In this document: positions 20,350-30,997 of the stretch, piece after piece
Position numbering within the stretch: position 1 is the stretch's first letter
Layout of the letters: each line of letters opens with the position of its first letter
Source: Dehalococcoidia bacterium
Lineage (GTDB): Bacteria; Chloroflexota; Dehalococcoidia; Lucifugimonadales; UBA3495
DNA length: 64,000 nt
Direction: 5' to 3'
NCBI GenBank assembly: GCA_030740155.1
Contig: JASLXV010000067.1
Location: 1 to 64,000 of the forward strand
Made by a program: the position numbers and the translations under genes
The notes under the pieces: model-generated
Told to the model about the DNA's origin: nothing
Database searches by the model: none
Seen by the model: the letters and a program-made list of their open reading frames with translations, nothing else

Positions 20350-21534
20350 ATGAAATGGGCTTCGGCGGTTTCCGAACACGCAGACCTGACTCGCGCTGTT
20401 GAAGAGTGCGCCGTCGGCGTGCGGTCCCGGCTTGGAGATCCGGCGCCGGACCTGGCGGTGATTTTCGTTTCATCCCATTACGTGCGGGATTACGACGACG
20501 TGGCCCGGCTCGTAAAGGAGAAGCTGGCCACGTCCATGGTCTTCGGTTGTTCAACAGGCGGTGTTATTGGAGGCGGCTCGGAGGTGGAAAACCGGCCCGC
20601 CGTGTCCATAACCGCCGCCATCCTGCCCGGCGTGGAGGTAGTGGACTTCTATCTGGACCAGGAAAGTCTCCCCGACCCGGACGCCGGGCCAGCCACCTGG
20701 GAACAGTTGGTCAACGTGTCCCCCAAACAGGACCCCCACTTCGTCGTGTTGGCGGACCCCTTTTCTTTTCAGGCGCAGGACCTTTTGATGGGGCTGGATT
20801 TCGCGTTCAACCGGTCGGTTAAGACCGGCGGACTGGCCAGTAGCGCCGATCAGCAGGGGCGGAACGCTCTATTTCTGGACGACAAGGTGTATCGCTCCGG
20901 GGTCGTTGGGCTGGCCCTCCACGGCAACATCATCGTGGATACCGTCGTGGCCCAGGGCTGCCGCCCCATCGGCCAGCCCATGCGGGTAACCCGGAGCCGG
21001 GGCAACCTGCTGATCGGACTGGACGGGCAGCCGCCCATGACGGTGATGAAGAACCTGTTCGAGCGGGCAACCCCCCGAGACCGGGAACTGATGCGCCACT
21101 CTCTGTTCCTGGGGGTGGTGATGGACGAGTTGGTGGAGGCGCCGGCGCAGGGGGATTTCCTGATACGAAATGTGGTGGCTATCGACGGCCGCACCGGCAC
21201 CCTGGCCATCGGTGAACAGTTGAATGAAGGCCAACTGGTGCAGTTCCACCTTCGGGATGCCGTAACCTCGGCCGAAGACCTGACCGCCGTGCTGCAACGG
21301 TATGCCATGGACAACCGGGAAAACCAGGCCCAGGGCGCCCTGCTGTTCTCCTGCCTGGGCCGGGGAGAGAACCTTTACGGCCGTCCCAACCACGACTCCG
21401 GCATCTTCCGCGAGCAGCTGGGCCCGGTGCCCTTGGGTGGATTCTTCTGCAATGGTGAGATCGGCCCGGTCGGCGGAACGACCTTCCTCCACGGGTACAC
21501 CAGCTCGTTCGCTATATTCCGGCCCAAGTTCTGA
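20350..21534 (+). CDS. FIST N/C domain sensory protein
   Basis: VVAQGCRPIG, VQFHLRD, ALLFSCLGRG, GFFCNGEIGPVGG.TFLHGYT. Confidence 0.92.
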   Translation: MKWASAVSEHADLTRAVEECAVGVRSRLGDPAPDLAVIFVSSHYVRDYDDVARLVKEKLATSMVFGCSTGGVIGGGSEVENRPAVSITAAILPGVEVVDFYLDQESLPDPDAGPATWEQLVNVSPKQDPHFVVLADPFSFQAQDLLMGLDFAFNRSVKTGGLASSADQQGRNALFLDDKVYRSGVVGLALHGNIIVDTVVAQGCRPIGQPMRVTRSRGNLLIGLDGQPPMTVMKNLFERATPRDRELMRHSLFLGVVMDELVEAPAQGDFLIRNVVAIDGRTGTLAIGEQLNEGQLVQFHLRDAVTSAEDLTAVLQRYAMDNRENQAQGALLFSCLGRGENLYGRPNHDSGIFREQLGPVPLGGFFCNGEIGPVGGTTFLHGYTSSFAIFRPKF

Positions 21535-21719
21535 GCACCGGTCTCACGGGGAGACTCGGCCGGCGGGACTGACCTGCCCTGGGCCCGGTTCAATTCGGGC
21601 CCGGAGGCGGGAAGGGATGAAGGGCTGCGCCGCCCAGTGGCCCGAGCCGGGCCGGCGGGAGGGGCCGGGGTAGCGCCGTCAGCCCTTCTCCCGTGATTCC
21701 GGCCCAGCTGCGGCCCCGT

Positions 21720-22481
21720 CTACTTTTCCAGCTTTATCGGGTTGCTCAGCACGCCAATCCCTTCCACTTCAATCTCGCAGACATCGCCGTCATGGAGTTC
21801 GCCCGGCTTCCCCGGAGTGCCCGTGTAGATCATGTCCCCTGGCTCCAGGGTCATGAACTGGGTTGTGAAAGCGATGATGGTGGGAACGTCGAAGATCAGG
21901 AACTTGGTGGTTTCCCCTTGGACCTCGTTGCCATTGATTCGGCAGGAGACCCGCACGTTGTCAGGGTCGAGGTCGGTCTCAATGAAGGGGCCGGCGGGGG
22001 AAAAGGTGTCGGAAGACTTGGCCCGCCACCAGTTGCGGTCTGCCTGCTGCCAGTCGCGGGCGCTCACGTCGTTGCCGCAGGTGTAACCCAGGACGTGCTG
22101 CAGGGCCTGCTCCTTGGGCACGTTGCGGCATTGGTCTTTTATCACGACCACCAACTCGCACTCGGCATCCAGCTTGGCAGTGCCCTTCGGGCGGATGATA
22201 GTGTCGTCCGGGCCGATCACCGAGCTGAGGGTCTTGAAGAACACCATGGGTTCGGCGGGCGGTGTACGGTCGCCCATGTGGCTGGAGTAGTTCAGTCCGA
22301 TGGCCAGGATCTTGCTTGGGAGGCAGGGAGCCAGCAGCTTGACCTCCGATAGCTTATGAGTGTGGTCGGTCACCTTGTAGTCCTCGAAGGGACTGGCGCT
22401 CAGGTCCTTCACCGAATCCCCTTCCACAACCCCGTAGCTGATCTGTCCGTGGGCGAGATACCTAGCGAATTTCATGTCCAT
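21720..22481 (-). CDS. Fumarylacetoacetate hydrolase family protein
   Basis: KILAIGLNY..H, ECELVVVI, GYTCGNDVSARD, KS.DTF.P.GP, TGTPG. Confidence 0.93.
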   Translation of the reverse strand: MDMKFARYLAHGQISYGVVEGDSVKDLSASPFEDYKVTDHTHKLSEVKLLAPCLPSKILAIGLNYSSHMGDRTPPAEPMVFFKTLSSVIGPDDTIIRPKGTAKLDAECELVVVIKDQCRNVPKEQALQHVLGYTCGNDVSARDWQQADRNWWRAKSSDTFSPAGPFIETDLDPDNVRVSCRINGNEVQGETTKFLIFDVPTIIAFTTQFMTLEPGDMIYTGTPGKPGELHDGDVCEIEVEGIGVLSNPIKLEK

Positions 22482-22703
22482 TGCTCCTGATTGGATTTTT
22501 AGGTTTGGTGCCGGACCAGCTTTGGCTCCCGGCCGGCCCAGGTAGATACCGGACTCCGGATCTTTCTTCGAACGAGAATAACCGGCGAGAATAACCGGCT
22601 AATTGTAACTCCGTTGTGCCGGGCTTGGCTACCGGCATCGCTGGCTTCCGGCGCCATCCTTAGACGTAATTCTGGGCCTTGCATGCCACGGCCGGCTCGG
22701 CGG

Positions 22704-23735
22704 TTAGCTCTCGATCACCAGCTTGCCGAAGAAGTCCCGAGCCGCCATGGTGCGGTGGGCTTCGGCGACTTCCTCAAGGGGAAACACCCGGCCCACGATG
22801 CCGTGGATGGAGCCGCGATGGACCAGCTTCATCATGTCCGTGAAGGTGCGCCCGCTGCGGCCTCCGCTGCCCATTAGGTGCAAGGGACGTGAATGAAGGA
22901 TGGAGAGGTCCATGTTGGTCCGGGTCCCGGATGTGACACCGGTAATCACGAGCCGGCCGCCGGGCCGCAGAGATTGCAGGTTCTCCTCCCAAATGTCGGC
23001 CCCCACGCAGTCGAACACCAGGTCAACGCCTTCGCCGCGGGTCAACTCCCGGACCCGCCTGCTGAAGTCCGGGTGTTCCCGGTAGTTGATCACCTCGTCG
23101 GCTCCCAGTTCCTTGGCCTTTTCCAGCTTCCAGTCGCTACCCGCTGTGGTTATGACCCGGGCGCCGATCATTTTCGAGATCTGGATGCCCATGCTGCCCA
23201 CACCGCTGCCCGCCGCCTGGATGAGCACCTCGTCCCAGGGGCGAATTTGCGCCTGGGTCACCAGGCAGTGCCAGGTGGTGTGGGCGGCGATGGGCAGTGC
23301 GGCCGCCTCGGTAAAAGTCATGGAGTCGGGAATCTTATGGGCGTTGACGGCCGGGGCGGTGATGTATTCGGCGTGGCCGCCGTCCAGATCAACGCCGATC
23401 CGTTTCTGGCCGGTGCAGTATTGGTCGAGGCCCAAGAGGCAGTACTCGCAGGTGCCGCACATGACCCGGTTATTCAAGATCACCCGGTCGCCCACCTTCA
23501 GCTCCGTCTCGGCATCCGGGCTGATACCGGCAATCTCCCCGGCAACGTCGCAGCCCAAAATGCGGGGCAAGGTCACCCCGGCCCTGGGTCTGGCCCGCAG
23601 GCCAAGGTCCAGGTGGTTCAACGCGCTGGCCCGGACCCGCAGCAGCACTTCCCCGGGGGCTACTTCGGGGTCCGGACGGTCCCCGCAGGTCAACTGCTCG
23701 GGGCCGCCGTGCTGCTCGATGAACACAGCTTTCAT
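22704..23735 (-). CDS. Zinc-binding MDR dehydrogenase / quinone oxidoreductase-like protein
   Basis: ALNHLD, PRILGCDVAG, structural Zn motif CGTCEYC..C, AAGSGVG, FFGKLVI. Confidence 0.9.
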   Translation of the reverse strand: MKAVFIEQHGGPEQLTCGDRPDPEVAPGEVLLRVRASALNHLDLGLRARPRAGVTLPRILGCDVAGEIAGISPDAETELKVGDRVILNNRVMCGTCEYCLLGLDQYCTGQKRIGVDLDGGHAEYITAPAVNAHKIPDSMTFTEAAALPIAAHTTWHCLVTQAQIRPWDEVLIQAAGSGVGSMGIQISKMIGARVITTAGSDWKLEKAKELGADEVINYREHPDFSRRVRELTRGEGVDLVFDCVGADIWEENLQSLRPGGRLVITGVTSGTRTNMDLSILHSRPLHLMGSGGRSGRTFTDMMKLVHRGSIHGIVGRVFPLEEVAEAHRTMAARDFFGKLVIES

Positions 23736-23943
23736 GGGCCAACCTCCTGGTCGAAGAGGATTGCCTGGATGGGTGGGAGCCGCTGCCTGGGGGCCGATAG
23801 CCGACGTTCTCGTTCGAGATCATCCGAATCTTACTCCCCTTCGCAAAGGGCGTCAAAGCCTCGGATTCCGGCCCAGGGCAACAAAACCCTTGCCGCCGGA
23901 GGCCCACGGCCCGGCGCCGGACTAGGAAAGTTCCACAATCGCG

Positions 23944-23972
23944 TTGACGGTGTTCGCGTTCTCCGTTAAACT
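23944..23972 (+). promoter_or_regulatory. Putative sigma70 promoter of the SDR gene
   Basis: TTGACG-17 nt-TAAACT. Confidence 0.55.
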
Positions 23973-24042
23973 TCCAGCCTAAACGCCGGGCCGGCAAGAA
24001 CAGCCTCAGCGCCCGACGATTCTCGGTCAGCCGGAGGGTGCC

Positions 24043-24837
24043 GTGAGCGACTCGGTATTCGACATAACCGGTCAAAAGGTCCTGGTGGTCGGCGCCGGAC
24101 GGGGCATCGGGAAGGGCATCGCCCTGGCTTTTGCCGAGGCAGGGGCTGACGTGGCGATCACCGGGCTGAGTTCCACCGGGGTCAGCCAGGTGGCCGAAGA
24201 GGTTCGGGCCCTCGGGCGCACCGCCCTTCCTCTGACGGGAGACGCCACGAAAGGGGCGGAGATGGAGCGGATCTCCCGGCAGGTGCTGGAGGAGTTTGGC
24301 AACCTGGACACTCTGGTCAACTGCGTGGGCGACTCCATTCGCAAGCCGGTGGTCGCGCTTCCCGGCACCACGGCGGAGGGTATGACCGAGGAGGAGTGGC
24401 ATCACATCTTGGACATCAACCTGACCGAGGCTTTTCAGGGGTGCCGGGCCTTCGGCGCCTATTTTCTGGAACGAGGCCAGGGCTGCGTTACCAATATCTC
24501 GGGTTGGGCCTCTTTTCGGGGACGGCCCCGGTCATCGGCCTATGATGCCGCCAAGGCCGGGCTGATGCGATTCACCGAGTGCTTGGCCCAAGAGTGGGCG
24601 CCCTATGGCGTGCGGGTCAACTGCATCGCGCCGGGCTCCTTCCCGGACCCGGAGCAGATGTCCTCCGAGGCTTATCAGGCCCGGCAAGAGACTGCCCAAC
24701 GGGAGATCCCCCTTGGCCGGGTAGGCAACCTGAAGGAGCCGGGTTATCTGGCCGTCTTCTTGGCCTCGCCCGCGGCGGCCTATATAACGGGCCAGACCTG
24801 GGCCGTGGACGGCGGGATCAGCATCAAGCATCCTTAG
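24043..24837 (+). CDS. Short-chain dehydrogenase/reductase
   Basis: VVGAGRGIG, YDAAK, VRVNCIAPG, YITGQ...VDGG. Confidence 0.93.
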   Translation: MSDSVFDITGQKVLVVGAGRGIGKGIALAFAEAGADVAITGLSSTGVSQVAEEVRALGRTALPLTGDATKGAEMERISRQVLEEFGNLDTLVNCVGDSIRKPVVALPGTTAEGMTEEEWHHILDINLTEAFQGCRAFGAYFLERGQGCVTNISGWASFRGRPRSSAYDAAKAGLMRFTECLAQEWAPYGVRVNCIAPGSFPDPEQMSSEAYQARQETAQREIPLGRVGNLKEPGYLAVFLASPAAAYITGQTWAVDGGISIKHP

Positions 24838-25047
24838 CCCAGCGGTAGCATCTGAAACTTCCCCGCCTTCTTTCCCTCTTCGGAAAGGGCCATATTTCTA
24901 GCCACCCATGTCCGGAAGGTGCATTTTCCAGTCCGTAAGGGGGGAGTCTGGAGGGATTCTCCTCGAACACCCGTTATAGTATGCTGTCACGGCTGGGGTG
25001 GCGGACCGGGAAAGCGCGGGAGCGATGTTCAGGGAGGCGTAAGAGCC

Positions 25048-26667
25048 ATGATGAACTATCCACTTCTGGTACCGCGGATTCTGGAGCGGGCCAAGGCGTT
25101 CTTCCCCCGAAAAGAGATAATCACCCGTGTTGGGGAGGGCACTCACCGCTACACGTACCTCGACCTGGCGAGGCGGTCGGCCCGGCTGGCCAACGCCCTC
25201 TCCGGCCTCGGCGTGGACCCCGGCGACCGGGTGGGTACCTTCGGCTGGAACACCTACCGCCATCTGGAGGCCTACTTCGCCGCGCCCGCGCTGGGTGCGG
25301 TGCTGCACACCATCAACATCAGGCTGGCCCCCGACGACCTGGTTTACATAATCAACCACGCCGGCGACAAGGTCCTCCTGATCGACCCGGACCTGGCGCC
25401 TTTGATTGAAGCCATCGCCCCCAGGCTGGAATCGGTGGAACACTTCGTGGTGATGACCGACGACCCCGAGGTGTCCACCAGCCTGCCCTCGCCGCACAAC
25501 TATGAAGATCTGCTTTCGCGTGCCTCGGACCAGCATACTCCGGTGGAGCTGGACGAGAATGCGCCGGTAGGTCTCTGCTACACCTCGGCCACCACCGGGC
25601 GGCCCAAAGGTGTGATGTACTCCCACCGGGCAGTCTTTCTCCATACCATGGTGGAGTGCCAGGCGGATGCCCTGGGGTTTCAGGAGCGGGACGTGGTGAT
25701 GGCCGTGGTCCCCATGTTCCACGCCAATTGCTGGGGCACACCATACTCTGCCACGATGGTGGGGGCCACCCAGGTGTTTCCCGGCGTGCGCCCCGATCCC
25801 AAGATCGTCTGCGAGCTGATCGAACAGGAGCGGGTCACGGTAAGCGCGGGCGTGCCCACCATCTGGATTGCCCTGTTGGACTACCTGGAACGCTCAGGGA
25901 AGGAGCCCGATTTCTCCAGTCTGCGCGAGGTGCTAAGCGGCGGCTCGGCGGTCCCGGTAAGTTTGATTCAGACCTATCGGGAGAAGCTGGGAGTGAAGCT
26001 GACCCAGGCCTATGGTATGACCGAGGCTACCCCGTTGATATCGGTCAACCGCCGGAAGGGCAACTTGGACAGCCTATCCCCTGAGGAGCAGCTTCAATTG
26101 GCGGGCAAGCAGGGGCTCGTGGTCCCCGGCGTGGAGATGAAGCTGGTGGATGACCAGGGTCAGGAGTTGCCCTGGGATGGCGAGCAGCGCGGCGAGTTGC
26201 TGTTCCGTGGGCCCTGGCTCGCCGGCGAGTACTACAACGATCCCCGTTCCGCGGAGACTTTCATCGATGGCTGGTACCACAGCGGCGATATCGCCTCGGT
26301 GGATGCGGACGGGTACATCCAGATCGGCGACCGGCTCAAAGACATGGTCAAAAGTGGCGGGGAATGGATATCCTCGGTAGACCTGGAGACGGCCATCATC
26401 GCTCATCCGGCGGTACTGGAAGCGGCGGTCATCGCCATCCCTCATCCCACCTGGCAGGAGCGGCCCCTGGCCTGCGTCGTGCCCAAGGCCGAGCATCGAG
26501 AATCCCTGAAAAAAGGCGAGATCCTGGACTTCATCCGGGACAAGTTTGCGCGGTGGTGGATTCCCGACGACGTGGTTGTGCTGGATGAGATTCCCAAGAC
26601 CAGCGTGGGGAAGTTCGACAAAAAACTATTGCGGGAGCGGTTTCAAGGCTACGTGCCCGGCGAGTGA
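25048..26667 (+). CDS. Acyl-CoA synthetase (medium/long-chain, DmdB/AlkK-like)
   Basis: YTSATTGRPKGV.YSHR, PMFHANCWG, AYGMTE, KSGGEWISS, PKTSVGKFDK. Confidence 0.93.
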   Translation: MMNYPLLVPRILERAKAFFPRKEIITRVGEGTHRYTYLDLARRSARLANALSGLGVDPGDRVGTFGWNTYRHLEAYFAAPALGAVLHTINIRLAPDDLVYIINHAGDKVLLIDPDLAPLIEAIAPRLESVEHFVVMTDDPEVSTSLPSPHNYEDLLSRASDQHTPVELDENAPVGLCYTSATTGRPKGVMYSHRAVFLHTMVECQADALGFQERDVVMAVVPMFHANCWGTPYSATMVGATQVFPGVRPDPKIVCELIEQERVTVSAGVPTIWIALLDYLERSGKEPDFSSLREVLSGGSAVPVSLIQTYREKLGVKLTQAYGMTEATPLISVNRRKGNLDSLSPEEQLQLAGKQGLVVPGVEMKLVDDQGQELPWDGEQRGELLFRGPWLAGEYYNDPRSAETFIDGWYHSGDIASVDADGYIQIGDRLKDMVKSGGEWISSVDLETAIIAHPAVLEAAVIAIPHPTWQERPLACVVPKAEHRESLKKGEILDFIRDKFARWWIPDDVVVLDEIPKTSVGKFDKKLLRERFQGYVPGE

Positions 26668-26921
26668 ATCGCTCCGCCCGGGCGCCCCTTCCGGTGGCCC
26701 GGGGAGGTAATGGCAGAACGCAGTCCGATATCCACTCCGATGGGCGATGGGATTTCGGAGGGGCGGACCCGGTTGAAGGAACCGGCCGGCGTCCTGGCGT
26801 CGCCGCTACAACTTGATCTTGCTTTTGCCCGGCGGGTTAAGTAGAATCGAGTTGGCGGGTGGGGCGTGCGAATCCTTCGTGCATTGCCGTCCCAAGCGGT
26901 TATCCCTAGGTAGGATGATGG

Positions 26922-27567
26922 ATGATTAGGGTGCTTATCGGCGAGGACGAGGGTCTCTTTCGGGACATGCTCAAGATTTCCTTGAGCGCGATACCCAACT
27001 TGGAAGTGGTGGACGCGGTTTCAGACGGGAAGACGGCGATCGATGCCGCTGACCGTTTAATGCCCGATGTGGTGTTGATGGACATCGAGTTGGGTAGTGA
27101 GCCCAACGGGATCGCGGCCGGCCGGTCCATCAAGCAAGACCATGAAGAAATTGGCATTGTAGTGCTTTCGGCCCACAAGGAACGGGAGTACGTGGACCTG
27201 GTCTCGAAAGAGGACTACGCGGGCTGGTCCTACTTGATTGAAGCAGTCGGTCAGCGATGCCGGAGCGTTGGTCCGGGCAATCGAGGGCTCGGCATCCGGC
27301 CTGGTGGTTATGGACCCCTGGGTGGTCAGCAGCATGCGGCCACGCAAAGGCTCCCTCACCGCCCGGCTCACGCCCCGTCAACAAGAAGTGTTGGCGATGA
27401 TGGCCCAGGGGTACAATAACGCGGCCATCGCCGAGAGATTGGTCCTGGGGACCAAGTCGGTGGAAAACTACATCAACGCCATCTACCAGGAGTTGGGTCT
27501 GAGCCACAATGGCCCCCTGCACCCCCGGGTCCAGGCCGTCTTGAGCTATATAAGAGACAGCGATTAG
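26922..27567 (+). pseudogene. NarL/LuxR-type response regulator split by a 1-bp insertion
   Basis: Receiver domain (GEDE, DVVLMDI) and HTH (LTPRQQEVL..MAQGYNNAAIAERL) are in different frames. Removing A27237 gives ...SYLLKQSVSD in frame. Confidence 0.8.
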
Positions 27568-27701
27568 GTTTGGGGGCGGAGGCTCGCGGGCCAACCGTCT
27601 GGCCACCGGGAATTCCCACCTATGGCTAATCATCGCTTTCAGCCTCCTCATCGCCACTCCGTACCGGCCTATTCCCTCTGTAGATGGCCCCGGGTGGTCC
27701 C

Positions 27702-28430
27702 ATGCTAGAAACATCGGCTGGCGATGCCGTCCGGGCCAAGGGGTTGGAGAAAAGCTTCGGGGACTGGCCGGTTCTCTGGGACCTGGACCTGACGGTCCGT
27801 TGGGGAGAGGTGCTGGTCTTGTTTGGGTCCAATGGCGTCGGCAAGACCACGCTGCTCCGGATCCTCTCCACCCAATCCAAACCTGACGCCGGGACCCTGC
27901 TGGTGGCCGGCTACAGTCAACGCCGGCAGCCGGAAGCGGTCCGCCGCCGGGTCGGGGTCGTCGGGCACCAGACCTTTCTCTACGAGGACTTGACCTGCCG
28001 GGAAAACCTGGTGCATTACAGCCGGCTCTTCGGGCTGGAAGACCGCCAGCGGCGGGTGGCGGAGGCCCTCTCCCGCGTTGGGCTGGCCGATCGAGGGAAC
28101 CGCCTGGTCCGCACCCTCTCCAATGGGATGCAGAAGCGGCTTTCCATTGCCCGAGCCATCTTGCACCAACCCCAGCTTCTGCTGCTGGACGAGCCGGAAG
28201 CGGGACTGGACCGGGAGTCGGTGGCGATCCTCAAGTCCTTGCTGGAAGAGTGGACCGAGGCCGGCCGTTCGGTGGTCATGACCACCCATGACGTGGAGCT
28301 GGGGTTGTCCTGGGCGCACCGGGCCGCTGTATTGCGCTCCGGAGGAATCCATTTCCCATCTTCAGACGAATTCCTGGACGACGCCTCGCTCCGGCGCATT
28401 ATGGAGAACTCCCCGGAGCCCAACCGGTGA
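27702..28430 (+). CDS. ccmA: Heme export ABC ATPase
   Basis: GSNGVGKTT, LSNGMQKR, LLLDEP; first gene of the ccm cluster. Confidence 0.9.
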   Translation: MLETSAGDAVRAKGLEKSFGDWPVLWDLDLTVRWGEVLVLFGSNGVGKTTLLRILSTQSKPDAGTLLVAGYSQRRQPEAVRRRVGVVGHQTFLYEDLTCRENLVHYSRLFGLEDRQRRVAEALSRVGLADRGNRLVRTLSNGMQKRLSIARAILHQPQLLLLDEPEAGLDRESVAILKSLLEEWTEAGRSVVMTTHDVELGLSWAHRAAVLRSGGIHFPSSDEFLDDASLRRIMENSPEPNR

Positions 28431-29101
28431 TTGACTTGCTGCGGCCGGTCTGGGTGTTGGTCTGGAAGGATATCCTGCTTGAGTTGCGCTCCCGTGACCT
28501 GGTTATCTCGGTGCTCGTGTTCGGCCTGGTGGTGGTGGTGATCTTCAACTTCGCCCTAAGCGTAAACGCCCAGCGGGCCACGGTGCTGGCGCCGGGCATT
28601 TTCTGGGTGGCCTTTTCCTTCGCCGGAGTGCTGGCGATGAACCGGGCCTTCGTCCGGGAGAGGGAGCAGGGCGGGCTGGAAGGTCTGTTGCTCACACCGG
28701 TCAGCCGGGACTCCATCTTCCTGGGAAAGGCGGCGGCGAGTTTTCTCTTCATGCTCTTGGTAGAGGTAATCCTGCTGCCCATCTTCGCCGCGTTGCTAAG
28801 CTTCTCCGCTCTATCGGTGACCCTCATCGCGACCATCGTGCTGGCCACCGTGGGGTTTGCCCTGGTAGGCACCTTGTTTTCCGCCATCGCCGTGCAGACC
28901 CGCTCCCGTGAGATCATGCTGCCGGTACTGTTTTTCCCGGTGATCTTGCCGGTGATCGTCGGTGCGGTGGAGGCGTCAAAGCAGGCCATCGGCGGAGAGG
29001 TCGTCGTTGGTGTGGGGCATTGGCTGCCGCTGCTAGGCGCATTCGACGCCCTGTTTTTGGTAATATGTCCTTGGGTCTTCTCATTCGTCGTGGAGGAATA
29101 G
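28427..29101 (+). CDS. ccmB: Heme exporter permease
   Basis: WKD..LELRSR, R.F..ERE.G.LEGLLL, LPVLFFP; multi-TM protein. Confidence 0.92.
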   Translation: MIDLLRPVWVLVWKDILLELRSRDLVISVLVFGLVVVVIFNFALSVNAQRATVLAPGIFWVAFSFAGVLAMNRAFVREREQGGLEGLLLTPVSRDSIFLGKAAASFLFMLLVEVILLPIFAALLSFSALSVTLIATIVLATVGFALVGTLFSAIAVQTRSREIMLPVLFFPVILPVIVGAVEASKQAIGGEVVVGVGHWLPLLGAFDALFLVICPWVFSFVVEE

Positions 29102-29107
29102 CCGGCC

Positions 29108-29869
29108 GTGGCGGGAACCGAACAGGCGGAACTGGAACCAGTGAAAACCTCGACCCGGCGGCAGGGGCTGGCGCGTGGACTCCCCGGTCTTCGGTTCTAC
29201 CTGGTGCCTTTGACGGGGCTGCTGATGCTGGCCAACCTCTACTTGATCTTCATGGTGGCCCCGACCGACGCGGATACGGGCCACGTTCAACGGGTGATGT
29301 ATCTCCATGTCCCCTTGGCTACCATGTCTTTCCTCGCCTTCCTGATGGTCTTCGTGGCCAGCATCCTCCATCTGGCGCGGCGTGAGGCCAGGTGGGACAG
29401 CCTGGCTCACGCCTCCGCGGAAGTGGGTGTGGTGTTTATCAGCCTGGCATTGATCACCGGGATGATCTGGGCCAAGCCGATTTGGAACGCCTGGTGGCTC
29501 TGGACCCCGCGATTGACCACCACGTTGATCCTATGGCTGATCTATGCTGCGTACCTCATGGTCCGGGCCTACGCGCCAAGCCGGGAAAAAGGGGCGCTCT
29601 ACGGGGCCGTGATGGGGATCGTCGGTTTCGCTGATGTCATCATCGTTTACTTTTCGGTTCAATGGTGGCCCGGCATCCACCCGGAGCCGGTTATTGGCCC
29701 CCAGTCCGCCGGTGATGCGCTGGACCCCACGATGCGGGCCGTGCTGCTGTTCTCGTTTGCGGCCTTCTTCTTTCTCTTGCTGTTCCTGGTGCTGGAGCGA
29801 ATGGAGCTGCAGAAGATCGAAGACCGGGTCAGGGACGTGAGACTCAAACTGCGGAGGGGCCGCGGCTAA
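29108..29869 (+). CDS. ccmC: Cytochrome c biogenesis heme-handling protein
   Basis: QRVMYLHVP, TGMIWAKPIW..WW.W.PRLTT, conserved HP. Confidence 0.9.
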   Translation: MAGTEQAELEPVKTSTRRQGLARGLPGLRFYLVPLTGLLMLANLYLIFMVAPTDADTGHVQRVMYLHVPLATMSFLAFLMVFVASILHLARREARWDSLAHASAEVGVVFISLALITGMIWAKPIWNAWWLWTPRLTTTLILWLIYAAYLMVRAYAPSREKGALYGAVMGIVGFADVIIVYFSVQWWPGIHPEPVIGPQSAGDALDPTMRAVLLFSFAAFFFLLLFLVLERMELQKIEDRVRDVRLKLRRGRG

Positions 29870-30030
29870 GTGCCATCGCACCGTGAAAATGGGGCGATCA
29901 AGCCCCACTGCCGGGCCGGGGGTGTAACCGCCAGGATTTCGGTGGCGAGTTTTTGTCCTCCGGTGCGGGATCACCAGTCAGTAAGGCTATTTCAGCGGCC
30001 ATTTACCTGGCCCCAGGAGAGTAAGGAGCC

Positions 30031-30222
30031 ATGCCGATCGCGCTACTGCAGATCGAACTGCCCTCGTCCAACCTCCCCTACCTCTTCGCTGCCTTCGCCG
30101 TAAGCTGGGCCGCCTTCTTCGTCTACGCGTTCTTTCTGACCAGGCGCCAGCAGGAGATGCAGGGTGAGATCGAAGGTTTGCGCCGGGCTTTGGAGAACCG
30201 GAAGACCGGTGACCAGGAGTAG
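30031..30222 (+). CDS. ccmD: CcmD-like small membrane protein
   Basis: YLFAAFAVSW..FFVY TM helix plus a charged tail; lies between ccmC and ccmE; AGGAG RBS. Confidence 0.75.
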   Translation: MPIALLQIELPSSNLPYLFAAFAVSWAAFFVYAFFLTRRQQEMQGEIEGLRRALENRKTGDQE

Positions 30223-30511
30223 CCGTCAAGGTCTTCCCGGTTCGGTGAATCCCTTCTGTCCCACGGGCGCGGGTAGCATGGGGCCGCCCGGCGCCCATGC
30301 CGGACGCACCGATGCAACTCGTTCAAAGGGGCAATGCGAAGGCCCTGGAGCGTCCGCCTCCTCGCCTCACTCGGGGTGACCTGTTCCAGTGTGCTTCTCA
30401 GCCATGGCCCTTGCTGGAAAGGTGGCTACTGGCGTGATACCATAGATTGTAGGCGCGGAGACCGATGGCACAGCCGGTGTCCCTGCCGTCGGAGGACCAA
30501 GGGAGAGGCAT

Positions 30512-30997
30512 TTGGACGACGTGGAGCGGGGGCGGCCAGAGGTCACGTTGGAAGATGAGGCGAGGGGCCGAAGCAACCGGACTCGCCTGATAATTCTGGC
30601 GTTGGTGGCCGGGCTGGCGCTCGCCTACATGGTCTACGCCGCCTTCCCGGGCAACGCCCTTTTTTTTCTGAGCGTCGACGAGTTCATGGCGAAGAGCGAT
30701 GTTCAGGACGGCAGGGTGGTGCGGGTAGCCGGAATGCTGGTCGACGGCACGTTTATTCGAGACGGGAATTCCACCCTGGCTCGGTTCCAGCTCGTCGATA
30801 GAGACGGCGGCCCTCAGAGCGATCACCTCTTGGCAAAGTACGAGGGCGTCGTGCCGGACCTCTTCTTCAATCCCCACTCTGAGATCATCCTTCAAGGCAG
30901 CTACGGATCGGACCAGGTGTTCACGGCCAGCACCATCCTGGTCAAGTGTCCTTCCAAGTACCGCTCGCTCGAGGATGAACTGGAAAACAGCAGCTAG
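30512..30997 (+). CDS. ccmE: Heme chaperone CcmE, Cys-type (CxxxY)
   Basis: N-terminal TM, VRVAG, Y.GVVPDLF, ILVKCPSKY. Confidence 0.9.
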   Translation: MDDVERGRPEVTLEDEARGRSNRTRLIILALVAGLALAYMVYAAFPGNALFFLSVDEFMAKSDVQDGRVVRVAGMLVDGTFIRDGNSTLARFQLVDRDGGPQSDHLLAKYEGVVPDLFFNPHSEIILQGSYGSDQVFTASTILVKCPSKYRSLEDELENSS

